Made by a program: the position numbers and the translations under genes. Source: Candidatus Brocadiales bacterium (lineage in GTDB: Bacteria > Planctomycetota > Brocadiia > Brocadiales > Bathyanammoxibiaceae). From it: 64,000 nucleotides of DNA. The notes beneath the pieces were generated by a model. That model saw only the letters and a program-made list of their open reading frames with translations, was not told the origin of the DNA and made no database searches. Shown in pieces: positions 28,363 through 36,155 of this stretch (positions are counted from its first letter, which is position 1; every line of letters begins with the position of its first letter). The stretch is from NCBI GenBank assembly GCA_046758865.1, contig JBHIBD010000002.1, positions 4,128 to 68,127 on the forward strand. The letters are read 5' to 3'.

Positions 28363-28611
28363 ATGCTAGACTTAAAGTATTCTTTAATCATAGAAGCAAC
28401 TAAGGACCCAAACTTCTTTGGATTCTACTCTCCCGACCTGGAGGGTTTTAGCGGGGTTGGCAGTTCAATAGAGGACTGCCTGTACAAGGCAAAATGGGGC
28501 ATGGAAGAACATATCAGCCTTTTAAAAGAGAGGGGTCTACCTGTTCCAAAGGAAAATCCCAACCCGACGGTTGTGATACAGAATGAGAGGAAACTGGTGG
28601 AGGTTACATAA
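28363..28611 (+). CDS. hicB: HicB-family antitoxin (UPF0150)
   Basis: 82 aa, abuts the hicA stop codon. YSLIIEATKDPNFFGFYSPDLEGFSGVGSSIEDC fold signature. Confidence 0.8.
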   Translation: MLDLKYSLIIEATKDPNFFGFYSPDLEGFSGVGSSIEDCLYKAKWGMEEHISLLKERGLPVPKENPNPTVVIQNERKLVEVT

Positions 28612-28671
28612 CCTATTCGCTAACATAATAATGTAGGTTGCATCACAACGCACCTTACGCATTTTGAGTTT

Positions 28672-29742
28672 TTGTTTTTAAGGGATAATCCCGTGGAGTT
28701 TGCCTTTCCAGATACGACAACATACCCGGCCTTACTCATCCCCAAAGGGCCGTCCCCTGAGAACTCTGTGGGCATTACCACCACCGTGCCCATCGAGATA
28801 ATCTTCGCAGCGGGATTGGTGCCTGTGGACCTTAATAATATTTTTATAACTGATGATGACCCCTCCCGGCTGGTAGAAAAGGCCGAAAGCACGGGCCTCC
28901 CCCGAAATAACTGTGCCTGGATAAAGGGTATCTTCTCCGCGGTACAAAAGCTGAATATAAAGAGGATAGTCGGTGTCATAGAGGGAGACTGCAGTAATAC
29001 CCATGCCCTTATGGAGGTGCTTGGGGCAGAGGGTGTGGATGTAACCCCCTTCAAGTATCCGTATGGAAGGGACAGGGTGCTCTTGCAGGCACAGCTCAAT
29101 GCACTCGCTGACGCACTTGGCACAGACATGGACAAGGCGGAGGCCGTAAAGCGGGAGCTAGAGCGGGTGCGTGCCTATGTCCACGAGGTAGACCGCCTCA
29201 CCTACCAAGAGGCAAAGGTCACCGGTGAGGAGAACCACATATGGAACGTCTCTACTAGCGACATAATGGGCAATGTGGGGCTATTTGAGGAGAAGGTAAA
29301 GACATTTCTTGTGGAGGCGAAGAATAGGGTACCTATGCAGCACACAGTGAGATTGGGCTATATAGGCGTCCCTCCAATATGTGGTGGGATATATAACTTT
29401 TTAGAAGAGCTTGGTGTCCATGTGGTCTTTAACGAGATACAGCGGCAGTTTAGTATGCCGTACCCGACGGATAATCTGGTGGAACAGTACTCTCGATACA
29501 CGTATCCATACGACGCCCGGGGCAGGCTGGAGGACATAGCCTGCGAGGTCAAGCGGCGGAATATACACGGCATAATCCACTATGTCCAAAGCTTTTGTTT
29601 CAGGAATATTTATGACGCCGTCTTCAGAAGGGGCCTGGACGTACCCATCTTGACCCTCGAGTGCGACCGTCCGGGTGGGGTTGACGGCCAGATGCGCACC
29701 CGCATCGAGGCCTTTGTGGAGATGCTGAGAAAGAAAGAATAA
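28672..29742 (+). CDS. 2-hydroxyacyl-CoA dehydratase (HgdB/BcrC/BadD) family protein
   Basis: 356 aa. TTTVPIEIIFAAGLVPV and C-terminal HGIIHYVQSFCF motifs. Start is uncertain. Confidence 0.7.
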   Translation: MFLRDNPVEFAFPDTTTYPALLIPKGPSPENSVGITTTVPIEIIFAAGLVPVDLNNIFITDDDPSRLVEKAESTGLPRNNCAWIKGIFSAVQKLNIKRIVGVIEGDCSNTHALMEVLGAEGVDVTPFKYPYGRDRVLLQAQLNALADALGTDMDKAEAVKRELERVRAYVHEVDRLTYQEAKVTGEENHIWNVSTSDIMGNVGLFEEKVKTFLVEAKNRVPMQHTVRLGYIGVPPICGGIYNFLEELGVHVVFNEIQRQFSMPYPTDNLVEQYSRYTYPYDARGRLEDIACEVKRRNIHGIIHYVQSFCFRNIYDAVFRRGLDVPILTLECDRPGGVDGQMRTRIEAFVEMLRKKE

Positions 29743-29952
29743 CATATTGGTTGGCGAACAATGGCCGTTTGCTATTTCTCAACCCCGCTTTTATTTATTT
29801 TTACATAGGTTTTGGAGGAGACATGGGCCCGGAGGGTTTCAAGAAGCTTGTTGTAAGTTATATCGTTTTCATGTTGATAGCGATGGGCGTTATGGGGGCC
29901 ATACTTGTCTCGCGGTTTCACCTCTTCGGCTTTTGAGGCTTTGAGGCCAAAA

Positions 29953-30342
29953 ATGCTCAAGGGCTTTACGCTTACACTGTGGGTGGGATTTGGTGGGTTC
30001 TTAGGTAGCATAATGCGCTACTGGCTTGCCCATGGAATGCAAAAACTCTTAGGCACGACATTTCCCTATGGCACCCTGCTTGAGAATCTCATAGGCTGTT
30101 ACCTTATAGGCCTTTTTGGCACAATGGCAGGGGAAAGGATTTTCCTCAACCAGTCTCTTAGGCAGTTCTTGTTTATAGGCATCTTGGGCGGTTTTACCAC
30201 ATTTTCCAGTTTTAGTTATGAGGCCCTTGAGCTCTTTAAGGAGCGGAGTTTTTTACTGGGGGCCATCTATATAGGAGGCCACTATATTTTTTGTCTCATC
30301 TTTGTGTGGCTTGGTTACGTAACGGTGTTGAGGTTGCTATGA
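29953..30342 (+). CDS. crcB: Fluoride ion channel CrcB/FluC
   Basis: Four-TM protein with GGFLGSIMRY and GILGGFTTFSSF motifs. The ATG at 29953 is preferred over the ORF start at 29905. Confidence 0.88.
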   Translation: MLKGFTLTLWVGFGGFLGSIMRYWLAHGMQKLLGTTFPYGTLLENLIGCYLIGLFGTMAGERIFLNQSLRQFLFIGILGGFTTFSSFSYEALELFKERSFLLGAIYIGGHYIFCLIFVWLGYVTVLRLL

Positions 30343-30671
30343 CGAAAAAGGTAGAGGAAGGAAAACGGCTGAGGATTTTTGTGGGGGAGAACCACCGCTA
30401 TAAGGGCGTACCGCTATTTGAGGCCATTATCCAGAGGGCGAGGGAGCAGGGTCTAGCGGGTGCAACCATACTTAAAGGGGTAGAGAGTTTCGGTCGCCAT
30501 CACAAGATACATACAACCAAGGTCCTCAGGCTCGCTGAAGACATGCCCATGGTAATCGAGATTGTTGACAGCCATGAGAAGATTGATGCCTTTCTTCCGT
30601 GTCTGGACGAGATGATGGAGGAGGGGACGGTTACCATATCGGACGTGAAGATGATTAGGTACTCACCTTAG
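30339..30671 (+). CDS. DUF190-domain protein (frequent crcB partner)
   Basis: LRIFVGENHRYKGVPLFEAIIQRAREQGLAGATILKGVESFG. ATGA overlap with the crcB stop. Confidence 0.8.
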   Translation: MTKKVEEGKRLRIFVGENHRYKGVPLFEAIIQRAREQGLAGATILKGVESFGRHHKIHTTKVLRLAEDMPMVIEIVDSHEKIDAFLPCLDEMMEEGTVTISDVKMIRYSP

Positions 30672-30705
30672 AGGAGACGCCTCACGGAGGTTCTTTTTTG
30701 TCCGA

Positions 30706-31788
30706 ATGACCAGTTCTGGGAAACTATCCAGGGACAGCCACGCCTACAAGGTCTATAGACTGATGGCGGAGAAATTTTCTGCCGCGACCTCGCCGCAGTC
30801 GAATAGAGACCCGGCTATATCTGTATCCGAGAAAAACCCTGCCGCTACTCAATACTCCCCTCTTGAGTCTAGTCCTGCTGCGAGGCAGATGTTTCACCGC
30901 ATCGGGCTTGTGAAGACCCTAAAGGACTCACGCACTACCAGGGAGCGCATCCAGAAGATAATTGGTGATGCCACCGCTATCTCAGGTGATGAGGAGTTCA
31001 CTGTAGAGGCCGTTTTTGCTGCCTATGCCGATGGGCCTCATGCCGTGTGCAGACAAACTCCCCTTTGCGGGGAGTGTACGCTCACCGAGCTCTGTAAGTA
31101 CTTTCGCAAGCGACCAACCATAAAGGAGCTTCCCCAGGCAGAGAGACCCAGGGAGCGACTCATCACCGTGGGAGAGGAATCCCTCTCAGATGCCGAGCTC
31201 CTGGGGATAATCATCAGGGACGGCACCCCTGATGCAAGCGCTGTGGATTTAGCCAAAAAGATTTTGGCGAAATATGGTGATTTTCGAAACTTAGCCACAA
31301 AGACCACTAGTGAACTCGCCAGGATAAAGGGCATTGGGCCGGCAAAGGCCGCCCAGGTCAAGGCCGCTATGGCTATTGCAAAGCGCTTTGCCACCACCCC
31401 CCTCACAAGCGGGGAGCAAGTGAGGTCGAGTAAGGATATCTTTAATCATCTGCACGAACGGCTCAGGGACAGGCGCCAGGAGACATTTCTTTTATTACTC
31501 CTTGACAGTAAGAACAGGATAATAAAAGACTTACAGGTGTCGGCCGGTAGCCTCTCCTCCAGTCTGATTCACCCAAGGGAGGTGTTTGCCCCTGCCATAA
31601 GGGAGTCGGCCGCATCCGTCATATTCGTCCATAATCACCCGAGTGGCGACCCTACGCCCAGCCAGGAGGATTTGGATATTACACACCGACTCCGAGAGGT
31701 GTCGGATGTGGTGGGCATCAAGGTGCTGGACCATGTGATAATAGGGGCGGGGAGATACGTAAGCCTAAAGGACAAAAGGCTTTTGTAG
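30706..31788 (+). CDS. radC: RadC-family JAB-domain protein with ~140-aa N-terminal extension
   Basis: The C-terminal 220 aa are canonical RadC (ERPRERL, HhH GIGPAKA, HNHPSGDPTPSxxD JAMM motif). The extension carries CX5CX2CX5C. Confidence 0.85.
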   Translation: MTSSGKLSRDSHAYKVYRLMAEKFSAATSPQSNRDPAISVSEKNPAATQYSPLESSPAARQMFHRIGLVKTLKDSRTTRERIQKIIGDATAISGDEEFTVEAVFAAYADGPHAVCRQTPLCGECTLTELCKYFRKRPTIKELPQAERPRERLITVGEESLSDAELLGIIIRDGTPDASAVDLAKKILAKYGDFRNLATKTTSELARIKGIGPAKAAQVKAAMAIAKRFATTPLTSGEQVRSSKDIFNHLHERLRDRRQETFLLLLLDSKNRIIKDLQVSAGSLSSSLIHPREVFAPAIRESAASVIFVHNHPSGDPTPSQEDLDITHRLREVSDVVGIKVLDHVIIGAGRYVSLKDKRLL

Positions 31789-31904
31789 CCTCTTATCGGG
31801 CAAAAGCGCCTGCAAATATTGGGCCAATTTAGAGTTTTTCTTGACTTTTGGCCTCGTGAGGTATATACTTCTGCTGATTCCCCAAATATATCTGGACAAC
31901 AAGT

Positions 31905-31978
31905 GCGCCCATAGCTCAATTGGATAGAGTCACGGACTACGAATCCGGAGGTTGGAGGTTCGAGTCCTCCTGGGCGCG
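31905..31978 (+). tRNA. tRNA-Arg (anticodon ACG)
   Basis: Hand-folded cloverleaf: acceptor GCGCCCA/TGGGCGC, anticodon loop CTACGAA, T-arm GGAGGTTCGAGTCCTCC. Confidence 0.9.
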
Positions 31979-32002
31979 CTTCTATATGGCGGAGAGGGGT
32001 GT

Positions 32003-32497
32003 TTGTTGGAGACCCACCAGCACTATATGCGCGAGGCCCTGAATCAGGCGGAAAAGGCCTTGGAGGCCGACGAGGTCCCGGTGGGGGCGGTGATAGTGCA
32101 CGAGGGGCACATAATAGCCAGGGCCCACAACCAGCGCGAGACGCTGCGCGACCCCACTGCCCATGCCGAGATGATTGCCATCACCCAGGCGGCCGAGAGC
32201 CTAGACAACTGGCGGCTTGAGGGCACTACCCTGTACGTTACTAAGGAGCCGTGCGCCATGTGCGCAGGCGCTATGGTACAGGCCCGTGTAGAGACACTTG
32301 TCTGTGGCGCAAGGGACGAGAAGGCCGGGGCGGCAGGCTCCGTAGTTAATCTGGTTGAAGACCCCAGGTTCAACCACCGGGTGAAGGTGGTAGCCGGGGT
32401 GCTTGCGGAGGAGTCGGTTAGAATTCTCCATGAATTTTTCCAGGAGAGATGCCGGAGCGGACGAACGGGGCGGTCTCGAAAACCGCTGTCCGCGTAA
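32003..32497 (+). CDS. tadA: tRNA adenosine(34) deaminase TadA
   Basis: VPVGAVIV, HAEM and TKEPCAMCAGA zinc motifs. The start is placed at TTG 32003/32006 after GGAGAGGGG because the ORF start at 31952 lies inside tRNA-Arg. Confidence 0.88.
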   Translation: MLETHQHYMREALNQAEKALEADEVPVGAVIVHEGHIIARAHNQRETLRDPTAHAEMIAITQAAESLDNWRLEGTTLYVTKEPCAMCAGAMVQARVETLVCGARDEKAGAAGSVVNLVEDPRFNHRVKVVAGVLAEESVRILHEFFQERCRSGRTGRSRKPLSA

Positions 32498-32532
32498 GCG
32501 GACCGGGGGTTCGAATCCCTCTCTCTCCGCCA
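32443..32532 (+). tRNA. tRNA-Ser (anticodon CGA), CCA encoded
   Basis: Acceptor GGAGAGA/TCTCTCC, anticodon stem-loop GCGGT-CTCGAAA-ACCGC, long variable arm, T-loop TTCGAAT. Confidence 0.88.
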
Positions 32533-32563
32533 GATAAAAATTGCTGTAAAGGAGAAACGTTAA

Positions 32564-32751
32564 CGTGCCAGCAAGCTGGCACGCTACACAAACAAATTGT
32601 TGCAGGTGTGGCGTCGTTCTCTGAACGGATGAAAGTAGGGGCACGTTGCAACGTGCCCCTACGATATGACATACCGGATGTATGACACAAGGACGTATGT
32701 AGTTGCCCGATTTATCGGGCCGTGTATTAGCGTAATAGATTGCGCAACTAC
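32564..32751. repeat. REP-like palindromic cluster between the two tRNA-Ser genes
   Basis: CGTGCCAGCAAGCTGGCACGCTAC, GTAGGGGCACGTTGCAACGTGCCCCTAC (32635-32662), GTAGTTGC...GCAACTAC (32699-32751). Confidence 0.85.
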
Positions 32752-32767
32752 AAATATGGCGGCTGCG

Positions 32768-32859
32768 GGAGAGGTGTCCGAGTGGCCGAAGGAGCACGCT
32801 TGGAAAGCGTGTAGGCGGCTAAAACTGCCTCGTGGGTTCGACTCCCACCCTCTCCGCCA
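32768..32859 (+). tRNA. tRNA-Ser (anticodon GGA), CCA encoded
   Basis: Acceptor GGAGAGG/CCTCTCC, anticodon stem-loop CACGC-TTGGAAA-GCGTG, long variable arm, T-arm GTGGGTTCGACTCCCAC. Confidence 0.88.
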
Positions 32860-32916
32860 TGATGGTTGCCATTTTATGATGGGTTTAACGAGGCAACGGT
32901 ACGGTTGAAAAAGAAC

Positions 32917-33190
32917 TTGGCCGTGCTAGACGGGGAGCTAGCGGTTCCTTGTAACCTGAAATCCGCTTATGCAGGGTCAATTGCTTTTTTGAGGTCCTTC
33001 GGACCCTCGGTTGCATTTCTGTAAGCGGCGTTGAAGGTTGGGTCTCATGCAATAAGGCAGTGTGAACCTGGTCAGAGGCGGAAGCCAGCAGCCATAAGCA
33101 TCTGTACTTATGTGCCGTGAGGTTGCCTGGCCCGAGCTGGCTGCAGGCGTGTGTCGAGGGAAAGGGGATCGAGAAAAAGTGCACGGCCAG
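32917..33190 (+). ncRNA. ffs: Signal recognition particle RNA, long (Alu-domain-containing, Bacillus-type) form
   Basis: Domain IV CCTGGTCAGAGGCGGAAGCCAGCAGCC with a GGAA tetraloop. The 5' GGCCGTGCTAGACGGGGAGCTAGCGG Alu-domain motif pairs with the 3' GTGCACGGCC. Canonical position upstream of dnaX. Confidence 0.85.
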
Positions 33191-33200
33191 CTACTTCTTG

Positions 33201-33396
33201 TGTCATTCTGAGCGAAGCGAAGAACCTATTGATGCTAGAATGAGATTGCCTCGGGGCTTTGCCCCTCGCAATGACAGACCATTTGTCATTGCGAGTGAAG
33301 CGAAGCAATCTAATGTCTTAATCTGGATTTTTCGGTCGTTTCACTTCACGCCAGAGGCGAACTCGCCACGTTGTTGGGCGAGCCCTCAGAATGACA
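33201..33396. mobile_element. Composite MITE-like element (TGTCATTCTGAG...CTCAGAATGACA with nested TGTCATTGCGAG unit)
   Basis: Same TIRs and the same internal TTCGGTCGTTTCACT block as 23739-23840. Ends 17 nt before the dnaX ATG. Confidence 0.65.
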
Positions 33397-33412
33397 GTTG
33401 TGCGGAGATTTT

Positions 33413-35098
33413 ATGTCTTACACCGTATTTGCAAGAAAGTATAGGCCACAGGGCTTTGATGAGGTGGTGGGGCAGGACCCAATCGTCACCACCCTTAGGA
33501 ATGCCCTGAAGCAGGGTCGAGTGGCCCACGCCTATCTGTTTACAGGGCCTAGGGGCGTTGGGAAGACCTCTGTGGCCAGGATACTGGCTAAGACCCTTAA
33601 CTGCCAGAAAGGGCCAGCGGAGAAGCCCTGTAACAGGTGTGACATCTGCCAGTCAATCTCAGAGGGCAGGGATATGGACGTTCTCGAGATAGACGGTGCA
33701 TCCAACAGGGGTATTGATGAGGTCAGGGCTATACGTGAAAACGTTAAGTACCTGCCCAGCCGCTCCCGGTTCAAGATATATATAATAGACGAGGTTCACA
33801 TGCTGACGCGTGAGGCCTTTAACGCCCTGTTGAAGACCCTTGAGGAGCCTCCCTCCCACGTGAAGTTCTTCTTTGCCACCACCGCCCCGAGTAAACTCCC
33901 CGAGACGGTACAGTCCCGTTGTCAGCGTTTTGATTTGAGGAACGTCTCCCCGTCAGACATAGTGAAGCGCCTGACGCAGATTGCCAAGAAGGAGGGGCTA
34001 GACATAGAAGAAGGGGCACTTAAGGCCATCGCAAGGCACTCCAAGGGTGGGCTAAGGGATGGACAGTCATTACTGGACCAGTTAGGCGCATTCTCCGACG
34101 GTGAGATAACCCTTGAGGACGTGCGGAGGCTACTCGGCACTGTCAGTGAGGAGGGCATAGAGGCCTTGGTGGACAGTTTCATCAAGAAGGATGCTCAAAG
34201 TGCGCTAAGGATATTGCACGGGGTGATGGACGAAGGTGGAGACCTGGGCGTCTTCGTTGACCAATTAGTGTGGTATCTGAGGGACCTGTTGGTAGTCTCT
34301 ACCTGTGGCTACAATGCGGCACTGCTGGAAAACCCCTGGCGGGAGGCGCAACTTTTGGAACGGCAGGCGAAAGACCTCTCAGGAGTTACCTTGATGTATG
34401 TGATTCAGACCCTTACTGAGGTGAAAAGAAGGGCCATGGATGACTTGCAGGAGAGAATCTTTTTGGAGATGGCGGTGGTGAGACTGGCAAGGATGGAGAA
34501 CCTAGAGCCCCTTGAGAATATCCTCCATAGGCTTGAGGAGCTTGAGAAAAAGATTTCCCACGCGGCGGTGGGTCCTGCTGGTGTGGCAACTCCTGTGAGA
34601 CCTCCTACAGGTGAATATAAAGACTCTGATATAAAATCAGGTATACAGAAAAAGCAGCCCCCGAAGAGCGTACCGGAGGCAACTCATATTGAAGGAGAGA
34701 AAAAGGGAGTTTCTGCACAGGATGTCAACGAGGTGTGGGACAAGGTTATGAACCACTTCCGTAGTGTTAGGCCTTCCATGTGGTCACGGCTGAGAGAGGG
34801 AAAGTTGGCCAGACTTGGAAGTGGAGAGGCAGTGATAGCCTTTCCAAAGGGACGCCCGTTCTCCAAAAAATCTTTGGAAGAAAACACCGCGGCGATGGGG
34901 TTAATAGAGGATTGTTTAGAAGGTGTAACTGGTAATAGGTTGCGCCTTAGAGTGGTGCTTTCTGAGGATGTTCCAGTTACAACAAACGAAGGAGGGCCTG
35001 CGCCAAATGCACCGGTTGATGGATCTCCTGTAGGGTCTCCAGACAAATCAAAGATTGAGAAGGTTGTGTCACTTTTTGGGGGAGAAATCCTTAAGTAA
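33413..35098 (+). CDS. dnaX: DNA polymerase III subunit gamma/tau
   Basis: MSYTVFARKYRPQGFDEVVGQ, GPRGVGKTS and IIDEVHML motifs. Confidence 0.93.
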   Translation: MSYTVFARKYRPQGFDEVVGQDPIVTTLRNALKQGRVAHAYLFTGPRGVGKTSVARILAKTLNCQKGPAEKPCNRCDICQSISEGRDMDVLEIDGASNRGIDEVRAIRENVKYLPSRSRFKIYIIDEVHMLTREAFNALLKTLEEPPSHVKFFFATTAPSKLPETVQSRCQRFDLRNVSPSDIVKRLTQIAKKEGLDIEEGALKAIARHSKGGLRDGQSLLDQLGAFSDGEITLEDVRRLLGTVSEEGIEALVDSFIKKDAQSALRILHGVMDEGGDLGVFVDQLVWYLRDLLVVSTCGYNAALLENPWREAQLLERQAKDLSGVTLMYVIQTLTEVKRRAMDDLQERIFLEMAVVRLARMENLEPLENILHRLEELEKKISHAAVGPAGVATPVRPPTGEYKDSDIKSGIQKKQPPKSVPEATHIEGEKKGVSAQDVNEVWDKVMNHFRSVRPSMWSRLREGKLARLGSGEAVIAFPKGRPFSKKSLEENTAAMGLIEDCLEGVTGNRLRLRVVLSEDVPVTTNEGGPAPNAPVDGSPVGSPDKSKIEKVVSLFGGEILK

Positions 35099-35111
35099 GG
35101 AGGGATATTAG

Positions 35112-35465
35112 ATGAAGGGTTTTGGCAACTTTGCACAGATAATGAAGGAGGCCCAGAAACAGGCCCAGGTGATGCAGAAGAAGATGGAAGAGATGCAGCA
35201 TGAGCTAAAGGAGCGTGTGGTGGAAGCAAGCTCTGGTGGAGGTATGGTCACGGCTCAGATGAACGGGCGCCAGGAGCTTTTGTCCGTAAAGATAGACCCC
35301 GAGGTAGTTGACCCCAGTGATGTAGAGATGCTCGAAGACCTTGTGGTGGCTGCGGTGAACCAGGCCATGAAAAAGTCCCAAGAATTATATGAACAAGAGA
35401 TGGCAAAGCTCACCGGCGGATTAAATATACCGGGCCTCTCAGGGCTGCCTTTCGGCAAACCTTAG
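35112..35465 (+). CDS. ybaB: Nucleoid-associated protein YbaB/EbfC
   Basis: 117 aa. GGGMVTAQMNGRQELLSVKIDPEVVDP signature. Confidence 0.9.
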   Translation: MKGFGNFAQIMKEAQKQAQVMQKKMEEMQHELKERVVEASSGGGMVTAQMNGRQELLSVKIDPEVVDPSDVEMLEDLVVAAVNQAMKKSQELYEQEMAKLTGGLNIPGLSGLPFGKP

Positions 35466-35533
35466 GAGGTTTGCACCGTTCCGGTTGAGGCCATGCAGAA
35501 TAGACGCTTTATTAGAGATAGGGACAGACGATA

Positions 35534-36142
35534 TTGAAGACCTATCCACAATATATGGAGCGATTAATAAAAGAGCTGGCGAAGATGCCTGGCATAGGGC
35601 GGAAAACGGCTGAAAGGCTGGCTTATTATATACTCAGGCTTCCTGCGCAGGAGGCCAGAGAGCTCTCAAGCGCTATAGATGAACTCAAAAAGAGTATCAA
35701 AAACTGTTCCAGGTGCTTCGGTATTACAGTAGATGAACCCTGCCAGATATGCGCGGACCCCAGACGTGATAGGACTGTGATATGCGTGGTGGAGGAACCC
35801 AAGCACCTCTTTAGCATAGAAAGGACCGGACGCTACAAAGGGCTTTATCACGTGTTGCTGGGACATATCTCCCCACTGGATAACATCCATCCTGAGGATC
35901 TCACTATCGAGAGACTTATAGGCAGGATTAATGATGGCACGGTGAGGGAGGTAATTCTGGCTACCAATTTAAATGTAGAGGGAGATACTACCGCCTCGTA
36001 TATTCAGAAGAGGCTATCTGCCCTGGGCCGACAGGATATAAAGATTACCCGTCCGGCTAGGGGTATACCACAGGGAAGCTATCTCGAGTATCTGTCCGGT
36101 ACTGTGCTGGCAGAGGCTATGGATGCAAGGATGACCTTTTAG
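35534..36142 (+). CDS. recR: Recombination protein RecR
   Basis: LAKMPGIGRKTAERLAYY HhH, CSRCFGITVDEPCQIC zinc finger, Toprim. The TTG start gives MKTYPQY..., parallel to the Bacillus RecR N-terminus. Confidence 0.92.
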   Translation: MKTYPQYMERLIKELAKMPGIGRKTAERLAYYILRLPAQEARELSSAIDELKKSIKNCSRCFGITVDEPCQICADPRRDRTVICVVEEPKHLFSIERTGRYKGLYHVLLGHISPLDNIHPEDLTIERLIGRINDGTVREVILATNLNVEGDTTASYIQKRLSALGRQDIKITRPARGIPQGSYLEYLSGTVLAEAMDARMTF

Positions 36143-36155
36143 TGGGTGATATGCC

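Noticed and set aside
29751-29936. 61-aa ORF upstream of crcB as a small membrane protein
   Set aside because: There is no convincing RBS and no recognisable family, and it overlaps an alternative 65-aa ORF in another frame. Left unannotated.
29745-29952. Fluoride riboswitch (crcB motif) expected upstream of crcB
   Set aside because: I looked for the conserved GGCGATGG...CCGCC...CTGATGAT core. Only a loose AGCGATGGGCG match is present and there is no CTGATGAT-like 3' element. Not supportable without a covariance-model scan.
31952-32002. tadA starting at ATG 31952
   Set aside because: That start lies inside tRNA-Arg(ACG) (31905-31978). A TTG at 32003/32006 with an upstream GGAGAGGGG gives a normal TadA N-terminus.
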